DNA from: Eledone cirrhosa
Taxonomy: Eukaryota
Assembly: GCA_964016885.1 (NCBI GenBank)
Contig: OZ024742.1
Location: forward strand, 163,246,001-163,310,000
Direction of reading: 5' to 3'
DNA: 64,000 nt
Below the pieces are notes generated by a model. The model was not told where the DNA came from and ran no database searches. It saw only the letters and a list, made by a program, of their open reading frames with translations. This document shows positions 15,001 through 30,029 of the stretch, in pieces. Within the stretch, counting starts at the first letter, position 1; each line of letters begins with the position of its first letter. A program made the translations under genes and the position numbers.

Positions 15001-16660
15001 TATCTCCCCCTGATTTTTTTTACAAATTATCTCCGCCTGATTTTTTTAAATATTATCTTCCCTTGGCTGGCGGGAAATTATCTCCCCTTGGACGGCTGAA
15101 AATTATCTCCCCTTGGACGGCTGGAAATTATCTCCCCTTGATTTTTTTTACAAATTATCTCCCCCTGATTTTTTTTTACAAATTATCTCCCCCTGATTTT
15201 TTTTTACAAATTATCTCCCCCTGATTTTTTTTTACAAATTATCTGCCCCTGATTTTTTTTACAAATTATCTCCCCCTGATTTTTTTACAAATTATCTCCC
15301 CTTGGCTGGCTGGAAATGATCTCCCCTTGGAGGCTGGAATTTATCTCCCCTTGGACGGCTAGAAATTACCTCTCCTTGGACGGCTGGAAAATATTTCTCC
15401 TTGGACGGCTGGATATTATCTACCCTTGGACGGGTGGAAATTATCTCCCCTTGGACGGCTGGAAATTATCTCCCCTTGGACGGCTAGATATTACCTCCCC
15501 TTGGACGGCTGGAAATTATCTCCCCTTGATTTTTTTTACAAATTATCTCCCCCTGATTTTTTTTTTACAAATTATCTCCCCCTGATTTTTTACAAATTAT
15601 CTCCCCCTGATTTTTTTTACAAATTATCTCCGCCTGATTTTTTTAAATATTATCTTCCCTTGGCTGGCGGGAAATTATCTCCCATTGGACGGCTGAAAAT
15701 TATCTCCCCTTGGACGGCTGGAAATTATCTCCCCTTGATTTTTTTTACAAATTATCTCCCCCTGATTATTTTTTACAAATTATCTTTCCCTGATTTTTTT
15801 TTACAAATTATCTCCCCCTGATTTTTTTTACAAATTATCTCCCCCTGATTTTTTTACAAATTATCTCCCCTTGGCTGGCTGGAAATTATCTCCCCTTGGT
15901 GGCTGGAATTTATCTCCCCTTGGACGGCTGGAAATTATCTCTCCTTGGACGGCTAGTAATTACCTCTCCTTGGACGGCTGGAAAATATGTCTCGTTGGAG
16001 GGCTGGAAATTATCTCCCCTTGGACGGCTGGAAATTATCTCCCCTTGGACGGCTGGAAATTATCTCTCCTTGGGCGGCTAGAAATTACCTCGCCTTGGAC
16101 GGCTGGAAAATATGTCTCCTTGGACGGCTGGAAATTATCTCCCCTTGGACGGCTGGAAATTATCTCCCCTTGGACGGCTGGATATTATCTACCCTTGGAC
16201 GGCTAGATATTACCTCCCCTTGGACGGCTGGAAATTATCTCCCCTTGATTTTTTTTACAAATTATCTCCCCCTGATTTTTTTTTACAAATTATCTCCCCT
16301 TGATTTTTTTTTACAAATTATCTACCCCTGATTTTTTTTTACAAATTATCTCCCCCTGATTTTTTTTACAAATTATCTCTCCCTGATTTTTTTTTACAAA
16401 TTATCTCCCCCTGATTTTTTTTTACAAATTATCTACCCCTGATTTTTTTTTACAAATTATCTCCCCCTGATTTTTTTTAAATATTATCTTCCCTTGGCTG
16501 GCGGGAAATTATCTCCCCTTGGACGGCTGAAAATTATCTCCCCTTGGACGGCTGGAAATTATCTCCCCTTGGAGGCTGGAATTTATCTCCCCTTGGACGG
16601 CTAGAAATTACCTCGCCTTGGACGGCTGGAAAATATGTCTCCTTGGACGGCTGGAAATTA
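10742..16660. repeat. Near-identical copy of 1-~6000 (offset 10,739-10,741; ~79 bp of T monomers missing near 16480)
   Basis: Anchors 40/10781, 1188/11929, 2790/13529, 4577/15316, 5132/15871. Shared rare variants: GGACTGCTGG, GCCTAAGTTT, GGAAATGATC, TTGGTGGCTGG. Confidence 0.9.
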
Positions 16661-16809
16661 TCTCCCCTTGGACGGCTGGAAATTATCTCCCCTTGGACGG
16701 CTAGATATTACCTCCCCTTGGACGGCTGGAAATTATCTCCCCTTGATTTTTTTTACAAATTATCTCCCCCTGATTTTTTTTTACAAATTATCTCCCCCTG
16801 ATTTTTTTT

Positions 16810-19800
16810 TACAAATTATCTACCCCTGATTTCTTTTTACAAATTATCTCCCCCTGATTTTTTTTACAAATTATCTCTCCCTGATTTTTTTTTACAAATT
16901 ATCTCCCCCTGATTTTTTTTTACAAATTATCTACCCCTGATTTTTTTTTACAAATTATCTCCCCCTGATTTTTTTTACAAATTATCTCCCCCTGATTTTT
17001 TTTTACAAATTATCTCCCCCTGCTTTTTTTACAAATTATCTCCCCCCTGATTATTTTTACAATCTCCGCCTGATTTTTTTAAAAATTATCTTCCCTTGGC
17101 TGGCGGGAAATTATCTCCCCTTGGACGGCTGGAAATTATATCCCCTTGGAAGGATGGAAATTATCTCCCCTTGGACGGCTGGAAATTATCTCCCCTTGGA
17201 CGGCTGGAAATTACCTCCCCTTGGACAGCTGGAAATTATCTGCCCTTGATTTTGTTTTTACAAATTATCTCCCCCTGATTTTTTTTACAAATTATCTCCA
17301 CCTGATTTTTTAAAAAATTATCTCCCCTTGGACGGCTGGAAATTATCTCCCCTTGATTTTTTTACAAATTATCTCCCCCTGATTTTTTTTACAAATTATC
17401 TCCCCCTGATTTTTTTTTTACAAATTATCTCCCCCTGATTTTTTTACAAATTATCTCCCCCTGATTTTTTTTACAAATTATCTCCGCCTGATTTTTTTAA
17501 ATATTATCTTCCCTTGGCTGGCGGGAAATTATCTCCCCTTGGAAGGCTGAAAATTATCTCCCCTTGGACGGCTGGAAATTATCTCCCCTTGATTTTTTTA
17601 CAAATTATCTCCCCCTGATTTTTTTTTACAAATTATCTCCCCCTGATTTTTTTTTACAAATTATCTCCCCCTGATTTTTTTTTACAAATTATCTGCCCCT
17701 GATTTTTTTTACAAATTATCACCCCCTGATTTTTTTACAAATTATCTCCCCTTGGCTGGCTGGAAATTATCGCCCCTTGGAGGCTGGAATTTATCTCCCC
17801 TTGGACGGCTAGAAATTACCTCTCCTTGGACGGCTGGAAAATATTTCTCCTTGGACGGCTGGATATTATCTACCCTTGGACGGCTAGATATTACCTCCCC
17901 TTGGACGGCTGGAACTTATCTCCCCTTGATTTTTTTTACAAATTATCTCCCCCTGATTTTTTTTTTACAAATTATCTCCCCCTGATTTTTTTACAAATTA
18001 TCTCCCCCTGATTTTTTTTACAAATTATCTCCGCCTGATTTTTTTAAATATTATCTTCTCTTGGCTGGCGGGAAATTATCTCCCCTTGGACGGCTGAAAA
18101 TTATCTCACCTTGGACGGCTGGAAATTATCTCCCCTTGATTTTTTTTACAAATTATCTCCCCCTGATTTTATTTTACAAATTATCTCCCCCTGATTTTTT
18201 TTACAAATTATCTCCCCCTGATATTTTTTACAAATTATCTCCCCCTGATTTTTTTACAAATTATCTCCCCTTGGCTGGCTGGAAATTATCTCCCCTTGGA
18301 CGGCTAGATATTACCTCCCCTTGGACGGCTGGAAATTATCTCCCCTTGATTTTTTTTACAAATTATCTCCCCCTGATTTTTTTTTACAAATTATCTCCCC
18401 CTGATTTTTTTTTACAAATTATCTACCCCTGATTTTTTTTTACAAATTATCTCCCCCTGATTTTTTTACAAATTATCTCTCCCTGATTTTTTTTACAAAT
18501 TATCTCCCCCTGATTTTTTTTACAAATTATCTACCCCTGATTTTTTTTTACAAATTATCTCCCCCTGATTTTTTTTACAAATTATCTCCCCCTGATTTTT
18601 TTTACAAATTATCTCCCCCTGATTTTTTTACAAATTATCTCCCCCCGATTTTTTTTACAAATTATCTCCGCCTAATTTTTTTAAATATTATCTTCCCTTG
18701 GCTGGCGGGAAATTATCTCCCCTTGGACGGCTGAAAATTATCTCCCCTTGGACGGCTGGAAATTATCTGCCCTTGATTTTTTTACAAATTATCTCCCCCT
18801 GATTATTTTTTACAAATTATCTCCCCCTGATTTTTTTTTACAAATTATCTCCCTCTGATTTTTTTTACAAATTATCTCCCCTTGGCAGGCTGGAAATTAT
18901 CTCCCCTTGGAGGCTGGAATTTATCTGCCCTTGGACGGTTAGAAATTACCTCTCCTTGGACGGCTGGAAAATATGTCTCCTTGGACGGCTGGAAATTATC
19001 TCCCCTGGGACGGCTGGAAATTATCTCCCCTTGGACGGCTGGAAATTATCTCTCCTCGGACGACTAGAAATTACCTCTCCTTGGACAGCTGAAAATTATC
19101 TCCTCTTGGACGGCTGGAAATTATCTCCCCCTGATTTTTTTTTACAAATTATCTCCCCCTGATTTTATTTTACAAATTATCTCCCCCTGATTTTTTTTAC
19201 AAATTATCTCCCCCTGATATTTTTTACAAATTATCTCCCCCTGATTTTTTTACAAATTATCTCCCCTTGGCTGGCTGGAAATTATCTCCCCTTGGAGGCT
19301 GGAATTTATCTCCCCTTGGACGGCTAGAAATTACCTCGCCTTGGACGGCTGGAAAATATGTCTCCTTGGACGGCTGGAAATTATCTCCCCTTGGACGGCT
19401 GGAAATTATCTCCCCTTGGACGGCTGGATATTATCTACCCTTGGACGGCTAGATATTACCTCCCCTTGGACGGCTGGAAATTATCTCCCCTTGATTTTTT
19501 TTACAAATTATCTCCCCCTGATTTTTTTTTACAAATTATCTCCCCCTGATTTTTTTTTACAAATTATCTACCCCTGATTTTTTTTACAAATTATCTCCCC
19601 CTGATTTTTTTTACAAATTATCTCTCCCTGATTTTTTTTTACAAATTATCTCCCCCTGATTTTTTTTTACAAATTATCTACCCCTGATTTCTTTTTACAA
19701 ATTATCTCCCCCTGATTTTTTTTACAAATTATCTCTCCCTGATTTTTTTTTACAAATTATCTCCCCCTGATTTTTTTTTACAAATTATCTACCCCTGATT

Positions 19801-22455
19801 TTTTTTTACAAATTATCTCCCCCTGATTTTTTTTACAATCTCCGCCTGATTTTTTTAAAAATTATCTTCCCTTGGCTGGCGGGAAATTATCTCCCCTTGG
19901 ACGGCTGGAAATTATATCCCCTTGGAAGGATGGAAATTATCTCCCCTTGGACGGCTGGAAATTATCTCCCCTTGGACGGCTGGAAATTACCTCCCCTTGG
20001 ACAGCTGGAAATTATCTGCCCTTGATTTTGTTTTTACAAATTATCTCCCCCTGATTTTTTTTACAAATTATCTCCACCTGATTTTTTAAAAAATTATCTC
20101 CCCTTGGACGGCTGGAAATTATCTCCCCTTGATTTTTTTACAAATTATCTCCCCCTGATTTTTTTTACAAATTATCTCCCCCTGATTTTTTTTTTACAAA
20201 TTATCTCCCCCTGATTTTTTTACAAATTATCTCCCCCTGATTTTTTTTACAAATTATCTCCGCCTGATTTTTTTAAATATTATCTTCCCTTGGCTGGCGG
20301 GAAATTATCTCCCCTTGGAAGGCTGAAAATTATCTCCCCTTGGACGGCTGGAAATTATCTCCCCTTGATTTTTTTACAAATTATCTCCCCCTGATTTTTT
20401 TTTACAAATTATCTCCCCCTGATTTTTTTTTACAAATTATCTCCCCCTGATTTTTTTTTACAAATTATCTGCCCCTGATTTTTTTTACAAATTATCACCC
20501 CCTGATTTTTTTACAAATTATCTCCCCTTGGCTGGCTGGAAATTATCTCCCCTTGGAGGCTGGAATTTATCTCCCCTTGGACGGCTAGAAATTACCTCTC
20601 CTTGGACGGCTGGAAAATATTTCTCCTTGGACGGCTGGATATTATCTACCCTTGGACGGCTAGATATTACCTCCCCTTGGACGGCTGGAACTTATCTCCC
20701 CTTGATTTTTTTTACAAATTATCTCCCCCTGATTTTTTTTTTACAAATTATCTCCCCCTGATTTTTTTACAAATTATCTCCCCCTGATTTTTTTTACAAA
20801 TTATCTCCGCCTGATTTTTTTAAATATTATCTTCTCTTGGCTGGCGGGAAATTATCTCCCCTTGGACGGCTGAAAATTATCTCACCTTGGACGGCTGGAA
20901 ATTATCTCCCCTTGATTTTTTTTACAAATTATCTCCCCCTGATTTTATTTTACAAATTATCTCCCCCTGATTTTTTTTACAAATTATCTCCCCCTGATAT
21001 TTTTTACAAATTATCTCCCCCTGATTTTTTTACAAATTATCTCCCCTTGGCTGGCTGGAAATTATCTCCCCTTGGACGGCTAGATATTACCTCCCCTTGG
21101 ACGGCTGGAAATTATCTCCCCTTGATTTTTTTTACAAATTATCTCCCCCTGATTTTTTTTTACAAATTATCTCCCCCTGATTTTTTTTTACAAATTATCT
21201 ACCCCTGATTTTTTTTTACAAATTATCTCCCCCTGATTTTTTTACAAATTATCTCTCCCTGATTTTTTTTTACAAATTATCTCCCCCTGATTTTTTTTAC
21301 AAATTATCTACCCCTGATTTTTTTTTACAAATTATCTCCCCCTGATTTTTTTTACAAATTATCTCCCCCTGATTTTTTTTACAAATTATCTCCCCCTGAT
21401 TTTTTTACAAATTATCTCCCCCCGATTTTTTTTACAAATTATCTCCGCCTAATTTTTTTAAATATTATCTTCCCTTGGCTGGCGGGAAATTATCTCCCCT
21501 TGGACGGCTGAAAATTATCTCCCCTTGGACGGCTGGAAATTATCTGCCCTTGATTTTTTTACAAATTATCTCCCCCTGATTATTTTTTACAAATTATCTC
21601 CCCCTGATTTTTTTTTACAAATTATCTCCCTCTGATTTTTTTTACAAATTATCTCCCCTTGGCAGGCTGGAAATTATCTCCCCTTGGAGGCTGGAATTTA
21701 TCTGCCCTTGGACGGTTAGAAATTACCTCTCCTTGGACGGCTGGAAAATATGTCTCCTTGGACGGCTGGAAATTATCTCCCCTGGGACGGCTGGAAATTA
21801 TCTCCCCTTGGACGGCTGGAAATTATCTCTCCTCGGACGACTAGAAATTACCTCTCCTTGGACAGCTGAAAATTATCTCCCCTTGGACGGCTGGAAATTA
21901 TCTCCCCCTGATTTTTTTTTACAAATTATCTCCCCCTGATTTTATTTTACAAATTATCTCCCCCTGATTTTTTTTACAAATTATCTCCCCCTGATATTTT
22001 TTACAAATTATCTCCCCCTGATTTTTTTACAAATTATCTCCCCTTGGCTGGCTGGAAATTATCTCCCCTTGGAGGCTGGAATTTATCTCCCCTTGGACGG
22101 CTAGAAATTACCTCGCCTTGGACGGCTGGAAAATATGTCTCCTTGGACGGCTGGAAATTATCTCCCCTTGGACGGCTGGAAATTATCTCCCCTTGGACGG
22201 CTGGATATTATCTACCCTTGGACGGCTAGATATTACCTCCCCTTGGACGGCTGGAAATTATCTCCCCTTGATTTTTTTTACAAATTATCTCCCCCTGATT
22301 TTTTTTTACAAATTATCTCCCCCTGATTTTTTTTTACAAATTATCTACCCCTGATTTTTTTTACAAATTATCTCCCCCTGATTTTTTTTACAAATTATCT
22401 CTCCCTGATTTTTTTTTACAAATTATCTCCCCCTGATTTTTTTTTACAAATTATC
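16810..22455. repeat. ~2.8-kb tandem duplication in satellite A (offset 2,776-2,777)
   Basis: Anchors 17096/19872, 17752/20528, 18061/20837, 18882/21659, 19267/22044. Private variants GGAACTTATC, TTGGCAGGC, ATCACCCC and CTTCTCTTGG occur in both copies. Confidence 0.88.
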
Positions 22456-25400
22456 TACGCCTGATTTTTTTTTACAAATTATCTCCCCCTGATTTTTTTT
22501 ACAAATTATCTCCCCCTGATTTTTTTACAAATTATCTCCCCCCGATTTTTTTTACAAATTATCTCCGCCTAATTTTTTTAAATATTATCTTCCCTTGGCT
22601 GGCGGGAAATTATCTCCCCTTGGACGGCTGGAAATTATCTCCCCTTGGACGGCTGGAAATTATCTCTCCTCGGACGACTAGAAATTACCTCTCCTTGGAC
22701 AGCTGAAAATTATCTCCCCTTGGACGGCTGGAAATTATCTCCCCCTGATTTTTTTTTACAAATTATCTCCCCCTGATTTTTTTTTACAAATTATCTCCCC
22801 CTGATTTTTTTTACAAATTATCTACCCCTGATATTTTTTACAAATTATCTCCCCCTGATTTTTTTACAAATTATCTCCCCTTGGCTGGCTGGAAATTATC
22901 TCCCCTTGGAGGCTGGAATTTATCTCCCCTTGGACGGCTAGAAATTACCTCGCCTTGGACGGCTGGAAAATATGTCTCCTTGGACGGCTGGAAATTATCT
23001 CCCCTTGGACGGCTGGAAATTACCTCCCCTTGGACGGCTGGAAATTATCTCCCCTTGATTTTTTTTACAAATTATCTCCCCCTGATTTTTTTTTACAAAT
23101 TATCTCCCCCTGATTTTTTTTTACAAATTATCTACCCCTGATTTTTTTTTACAAATTATCTCCCCCTGATTTTTTTTACAAATTATCTCTCCCTGATTTT
23201 TTTTTACAAATTATCTCCCCCTGATTTTTTTTTACAAATTATCTACCCCTGATTTTTTTTTACAAATTATCTCCCCCTGATTTTTTTTACAAATTATCTC
23301 CCCCTGATTTTTTTTACAAATTATCTCCCCCTGATTTTTTTACAAATTATCTCCCCCCGATTTTTTTTACAAATTATCTCCGCCTAATTTTTTTAAATAT
23401 TATCTTCCCTTGGCTGGCGGGAAATTATCTCCCCTTGGACGGCTGAAAATTATCTCCCCTTGGACGGCTGGAAATTATCTCCCCTTGATTTTTTTACAAA
23501 TTATCTCCCCCTGATTATTTTTTACAAATTATCTCCCCCTGATTTTTTTTTACAAATTATCTCCCTCTGATTTTTTTTACAAATTATCTCCCCTTGGCTG
23601 GCTGGAAATTATCTCCCCTTGGAGGCTGGAATTTGTCTCCCCTTGGACGGTTAGAAATTACCTCTCCTTGGACTGCTGGAAAATATGTCTCCTTGGACGG
23701 CTGGAAATTATCTCCCCTGGGACGGCTGGAAATTATCTCCCCTTGGACGGCTGGAAATTATCTCTCCTCGGACGACTAGAAATTACCTCTCCTTTGACAG
23801 CTGAAAATTATCTCCCTTTGGACGGCTGGAAATTATCTCCCCTTGATTTTTTTTACAAATTATCTCCCCCTGATTTTTTTTTACAAATTATCTCCCCCTG
23901 ATTTTATTTTACAAATTATCTCCCCCTGATTTTTTTTACAAATTATCTCCCCCCGATATTTTTTACAAATTATCTCCCCCTGATTTTTTTACAAATTATC
24001 TCCCCTTGGCTGGCTGGAAATTATCTCCCCTTGGAGGCTGGAATTTATCTCCCCTTGGACGGCTAGAAATTACCTCGCCTTGGACGGCTGGAAAATATGT
24101 CTCCTTGGACGGCTGGAAATTATCTCCCCTTGGACGGCTGGAAATTATCTCCCCTTGGACGGCTGGAAATTATCTCCCCTTGGACGGCTAGATATTACCT
24201 CCCCTTGGACGGCTGGAAATTATCTCCCCTTGATTTTTTTTACAAATTATCTCCCCCTGATTTTTTTTTACAAATTATCTCCCTGATTTTTTTTTACGAA
24301 TTATCTCCCCCTGATTTTTTTTTACAAATTATCTCCGCCTGATTTTTTTTAAAAAATTATCTCCCCTTGAACGGCTGGAAATTATCTCCCCTTGGACGGC
24401 TGGAAATTATCTCCCCTTGGACGGCTAGAAATTACCTCTCCTTGGACGGCTGAAAATTATCTCCCCTTGGACGGCTGCAAATTATCTCCCCTTGATTTTT
24501 TAACAAATTATCTCCCCCTGATTTTTTTTTACAAATTATCTCCCCCTGATTTTTTTTTACAAATTATCTACGCCTAAGTTTTTTTACAAATTATCTCCCC
24601 CTGATTTTTTTTTACAAATTATCTCCCCCTGATTTTTTTTACAAATTATCTCCCCCTGATTTTTTTTACAAATTATTTCCCCCTGATTTTTTTACAAATT
24701 ATCTCCCCCCTGATTTTTTTTACAATCTCCGCCTGATTTTTTAAAAAATTATCTTCCCTTGGCTGGCGGGAAATTATCTCCCCTTGGACGGCTGGAAATT
24801 ATATCCCCTTGGACGGCTGGAAATTACCTCCCCTTGGACAGCTGGAAATTATCTGCCCTTGATTTTGTTTTTACAAATTATCTCCCCCTGATTTTTATTA
24901 CAAATTATCTCCACCTGATTTTTTAAAAAATTATCTCCCCTTGGACGGCTGGAAATTATCTCCCCTTGATTTTTTTACAAATTATCTCCCCCTGATTTTT
25001 TTTACAAATTATCTCCCCCTGATTTTTTTTTTACAAATTATCTCCCCCTGATTTTTTTACAAATTATCTCCCCCTGATTTTTTTTACAAATTATCTCCGC
25101 CTGATTTTTTTAAATATTATCTTCCCTTGGCTGGCGGGAAATTATCTCCCCTTGGACGGCTGAAAATTATCTCCCCTTGGACGGCTGGAAATTATCTCCC
25201 CTTGATTTTTTTTACAAATTATCTCCCCCTGATTTTTTTTTACAAATTATCTCCCCCTGATTTTTTTTTACAAATTATCTCCCCCTGATTTTTTTTTACA
25301 AATTATCTGCCCCTGATTTTTTTTACAAATTATCTCCCCCTGATTTTTTTACAAATTATCTCCCCTTGGCTGGCTGGAAATGATCTCCCCTTGGAGGCTG

Positions 25401-26150
25401 GAATTTATCTCCCCTTGGACGGCTAGAAATTACCTCTCCTTGGACGGCTGGAAAATATTTCTCCTTGGACGGCTGGATATTATCTACCCTTGGACGGGTG
25501 GAAATTATCTCCCCTTGGACGGCTGGAAATTATCTCCCCTTGGACGGCTAGATATTACCTCCCCTTGGACGGCTGGAAATAATCTCCCCTTGATTTTTTT
25601 TACAAATTATCTCCCCCTGATTTTTTTTTTACAAATTATCTCCCCCTGATTTTTTTACAAATTATCTCCCCCTGATTTTTTTTACAAATTATCTCCGCCT
25701 GATTTTTTTAAATATTATCTTCCCTTGGCTGGCGGGAAATTATCTCCCCTTGGACGGCTGAAAATTATCTCCCCTTGGACGGCTGGAAATTATCTCCCCT
25801 TGATTTTTTTTACAAATTATCTCCCCCTGATTATTTTTTACAAATTATCTTTCCCTGATTTTTTTTTACAAATTATCTCCCCCTGATTTTTTTTACAAAT
25901 TATCTCCCCCTGATTTTTTTACAAATTATCTCCCCTTGGCTGGCTGGAAATTATCTCCCCTTGGTGGCTGGAATTTATCTCCCCTTGGACGGCTGGAAAT
26001 TATCTCTCCTTGGACGGCTAGTAATTACCTCTCCTTGGACGGCTGGAAAATATGTCTCGTTGGAGGGCTGGAAATTATCTCCCCTTGGACGGCTGGAAAT
26101 TATCTCCCCTTGGACGGCTGGAAATTATCTCTCCTTGGGCGGCTAGAAAT
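21660..26150. repeat. Third copy of the ~800-5340 block (offset ~20,804-20,857)
   Basis: Anchors 1188/22044, 2790/23594, 3202/24006, 4577/25380, 5132/25936; same diagnostic variants as the 10.74-kb copy. Confidence 0.85.
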
Positions 26151-29100
26151 TACCTCTCCTTGGACGGCTGAAAATTATCTCTCCTTGGACGGCTGGAAAT
26201 TATCTCCCCTTGGACGGCTAGATATTACCTCCCCTTGGACGGCTGGAAATTATCTCCCCTTGATTTTTTTTACAAATTATCTCCCCCTGATTTTTTTTAC
26301 AAATTATCTACACCTGATTTTTTTACAAATTATCTCCCCCTGATTTTTTTTACAAATTATCTCCGCCTAATTTTTTTAAATATTATCTTCCCTTGGCTGG
26401 CGGGAAATTATCTCCCCTTGGACGGCTGAAAATTATCTCCCCTTGGACGGCTGGAAATTATCTCCCCTTGATTTTTTTTACAAATTATCTCCCCCTGATT
26501 TTTTTTTACAAATTATCTCCCCCTGATTTTTTTTTACAAATTATCTCCCCCTGATTTTTTTTACAAATTATCTCCCCCTGATATTTTTTACAAATTATCT
26601 CCCCCTGATTTTTTTACAAATTATCTCCCCTTGGCTGGCTGGAAATTATCTCCCCTTGGAGGCTGGAATTTATCTCCCCTTGGACGGCTAGAAATTACCT
26701 CGCCTTGGACGGCTGGAAAATATGTCTCCTTGGACGGCTGGAAATTATCTCCCCTTGGACGGCTGGAAATTATCTCCCCTTGGACGGCTGGATATTATCT
26801 ACCCTTGGACGGCTAGATATTACCTCCCCTTGGACGGCTGGAAATTATCTCCCCTTGATTTTTTTTACAAATTATCTCCCCCTGATTTTTTTTTACAAAT
26901 TATCTCCCCTTGATTTTTTTTTACAAATTATCTACCCCTGATTTTTTTTTACAAATTATCTCCCCCTGATTTTTTTTACAAATTATCTCTCCCTGATTTT
27001 TTTTTACAAATTATCTCCCCCTGATTTTTTTTTACAAATTATCTACCCCTGATTTTTTTTTACAAATTATCTCCCCCTGATTTTTTTTACAAATTATCTC
27101 CCCCTGATTTTTTTACAAATTATCTCCCCCCGATTTTTTTTACAAATTATCTCCGCCTAATTTTTTTAAATATTATCTTCCCTTGGCTGGCGGGAAATTA
27201 TCTCCCCTTGGACGGCTGAAAATTATCTCCCCTTGGACGGCTGGAAATTATCTCCCCTTGGAGGTTGGAATTTATCTCCCCTTGGACGGCTAGAAATTAC
27301 CTCGCCTTGGATGGCTGGAAAATATGTCTCCTTGGACGGCTGGAAATTATCTCCCCTTGGACGGCTGGAAATTATCTCCCCTTGGACGGCTAGATATTAC
27401 CTCCCCTTGGACGGCTGGAAATTATCTCCCCTTGATTTTTTTTACAAATTATCTCCCCCTGATTTTTTTTTACAAATTATCTCCCCCTGATTTTTTTTTA
27501 CAAATTATCTACCCCTGATTTTTTTTTACAAATTATCTCCCCCTGATTTTTTTTACAAATTATCTCCCCCTGATTTTTTTTAAAAATTATCTCCCCCTGA
27601 TTTTTTTACAAATTATCTCCCCCCGATTTTTTTTACAAATTATCTCCGCCTAATTTTTTTAAATATTATCTTCCCTTGGCTGGCGGGAAATTATCTCCCC
27701 TTGGACGGCTGAAAATTATCTCCCCTTGGACGGCTGGAAATTATCTCCCCTTGATTTTTTTACAAATTATCTCCCCCTGATTATTTTTTACAAATTATCT
27801 CCCCCTGATTTTTTTTTACAAATTATCTCCCCTTGGCTAGCTGGAAATTATCTCCCCTTGGACGGCTGGAAATTATCTCCCCTTGGACGGCTAGATATTA
27901 CCTCCCCTTGGACGGCTGGAAATTATCTCCCCTTGATTTTTTTTACAAATTATCTCCCCCTGATTTTTTTTTACAAATTATCTCCCCCTGATTTTTTTTT
28001 ACGAAGTATCTCCCCCTGATTTTTTTTTACAAATTATCTCCGCCTGATTTTTTTTTTAAAATTATCTCCCCTTGAACGGCTGGAAATTATCTCCCCTTGG
28101 ACGGCTGGAAATTATCTCCCCTTGGACGGCTAGAAATTACCTCTCCTTGGACGGCTGAAAATTATCTCCCCTTGGACGGCTGCAAATTATCTCCCCTTGA
28201 TTTTTTAACAAATTATCTCCCCCTGATTTTTTTTTACAAATTATCTCCCCCTGATTTTTTTTTACAAATTATCTACGCCTAATTTTTTTTACAAATTATC
28301 TCCCCCTGATTTTTTTTTACAAATTATCTCCCCCTGATTTTTTTTACAAATTATCTCCCCCTGATTTTTTTTTACAAATTATTTCCCCCTGATTTTTTTA
28401 CAAATTATCTCCCCCCTGATTTTTTTTACAATCTCCGCCTGATTTTTTTAAAAATTATCTTCCCTTGGCTGGCGGGAAATTATCTCCCCTTGGACGGCTG
28501 GAAATTATATCCCCTTGGAAGGATGGAAATTATCTCCCCTTGGACGGCTGGAAATTATCTCCCCTTGGACGGCTGGAAATTATCTCCCCTTGGACAGCTG
28601 GAAATTATCTGCCCTTGATTTTGTTTTTACAAATTATCTCCCCCTGATTTTTTTTACAAATTATCTCCACCTGATTTTTTAAAAAATTATCTCCCCTTGG
28701 ACGGCTGGAAATTATCTCCCCTTGATTTTTTTTACAAATTATCTCCCCCTGATTTTTTTTTACAAATTATCTCCCCCTGATTTTTTTTTACAAATTATCT
28801 CCCCCTGATTTTTTTTTACAAATTATCTCACCCTGATTTTTTTTACAAATTATCAGTCCCTGATTTTTTTACAAATTATCTCCCCTTGGCTGGCTGGAAA
28901 TTATCTCCCCTTGGAGGCTGGAATTTATCTCCCCTTGGACGGCTAGAAATTACCTCTCCTTGGACGGCTGGAAAATATGTCTCCTTGGACGGCTGGATAT
29001 TATCTACCCTTGGACGGCTGGAAATTATCTCCCCTTGGACGGCTGGAAATTATCTCCTCTTGGACGGCTAGATATTACCTCCCCTTGGACGGCTGGAAAT

Positions 29101-30029
29101 TATCTCCCCTTGATTTTTTTACAAATTATCTCCCCCTGATTTTTTTACAAATTATCTCCCCCTGATTTTTTTTACAAATTATCTCCGCCTAATTTTTTTA
29201 AATATTATCTTCCCTTGGCTGGCGGGAAATTATCTCCCCTTGGACGGCTGAAAATTATCTCCCCTTGGACGGCTGGAAATTATCTCCCCTTGATTTTTTT
29301 TACAAATTATCTCCCCCTGATTTTTTTTTACAAATTATCTCCCCCTGATTTTTTTTACAAATTATCTCCCCCTGATTTTTTTTACAAATTATCTCCCCTT
29401 GGCTGGCTGGAAATTATCTCCCCTTGGAGGCTGGAATTTATCTCCCCTTGGAAGGCTAGAAATTACCTCTCCTTGGACGGCTGGAAAATATGTCCTTGGA
29501 CGGCTGGATATTATCTACCCTTGGACGGCTGGAAATTATCTCCCCTTGGACGGCTGGAAATTATCTCCCCTTGGACGGCTAGATATTACCTCCCCTTGGA
29601 CGGCTGGAAATTATCTCCCCTTGATTTTTTTTACAAATTATCTCCCCCTGATTTTTTTTTACAAATTATCTCCCCCTGATTTTTTTTTACAAATTATCTC
29701 CCCCTGATTTTTTTTTACAAATTATCTACCCCTGATTTTTTTTTACAAATTATCTCCCCCTGATTTTTTTTACAAATTATCTCCGCCTGATTTTTTTTTA
29801 CAAATTATCTCCCCTTGATTTTTTTTTACAAATTATCTACCCCTAATTTTTTTTACAAATTATCTCCCCCTGATTTTTTTTACAAATTATCTCCCCCTGA
29901 TTTTGTTTACAAATTATCTCCCCCTGATTTTTTTACAAATTATCTCCCCCTGATTTTTTTTACAAATTATCTCCGCCTAATTTTTTTAAATATTATCTTC
30001 CCTTGGCTGGCGGGAAATTATCTCCCCTT

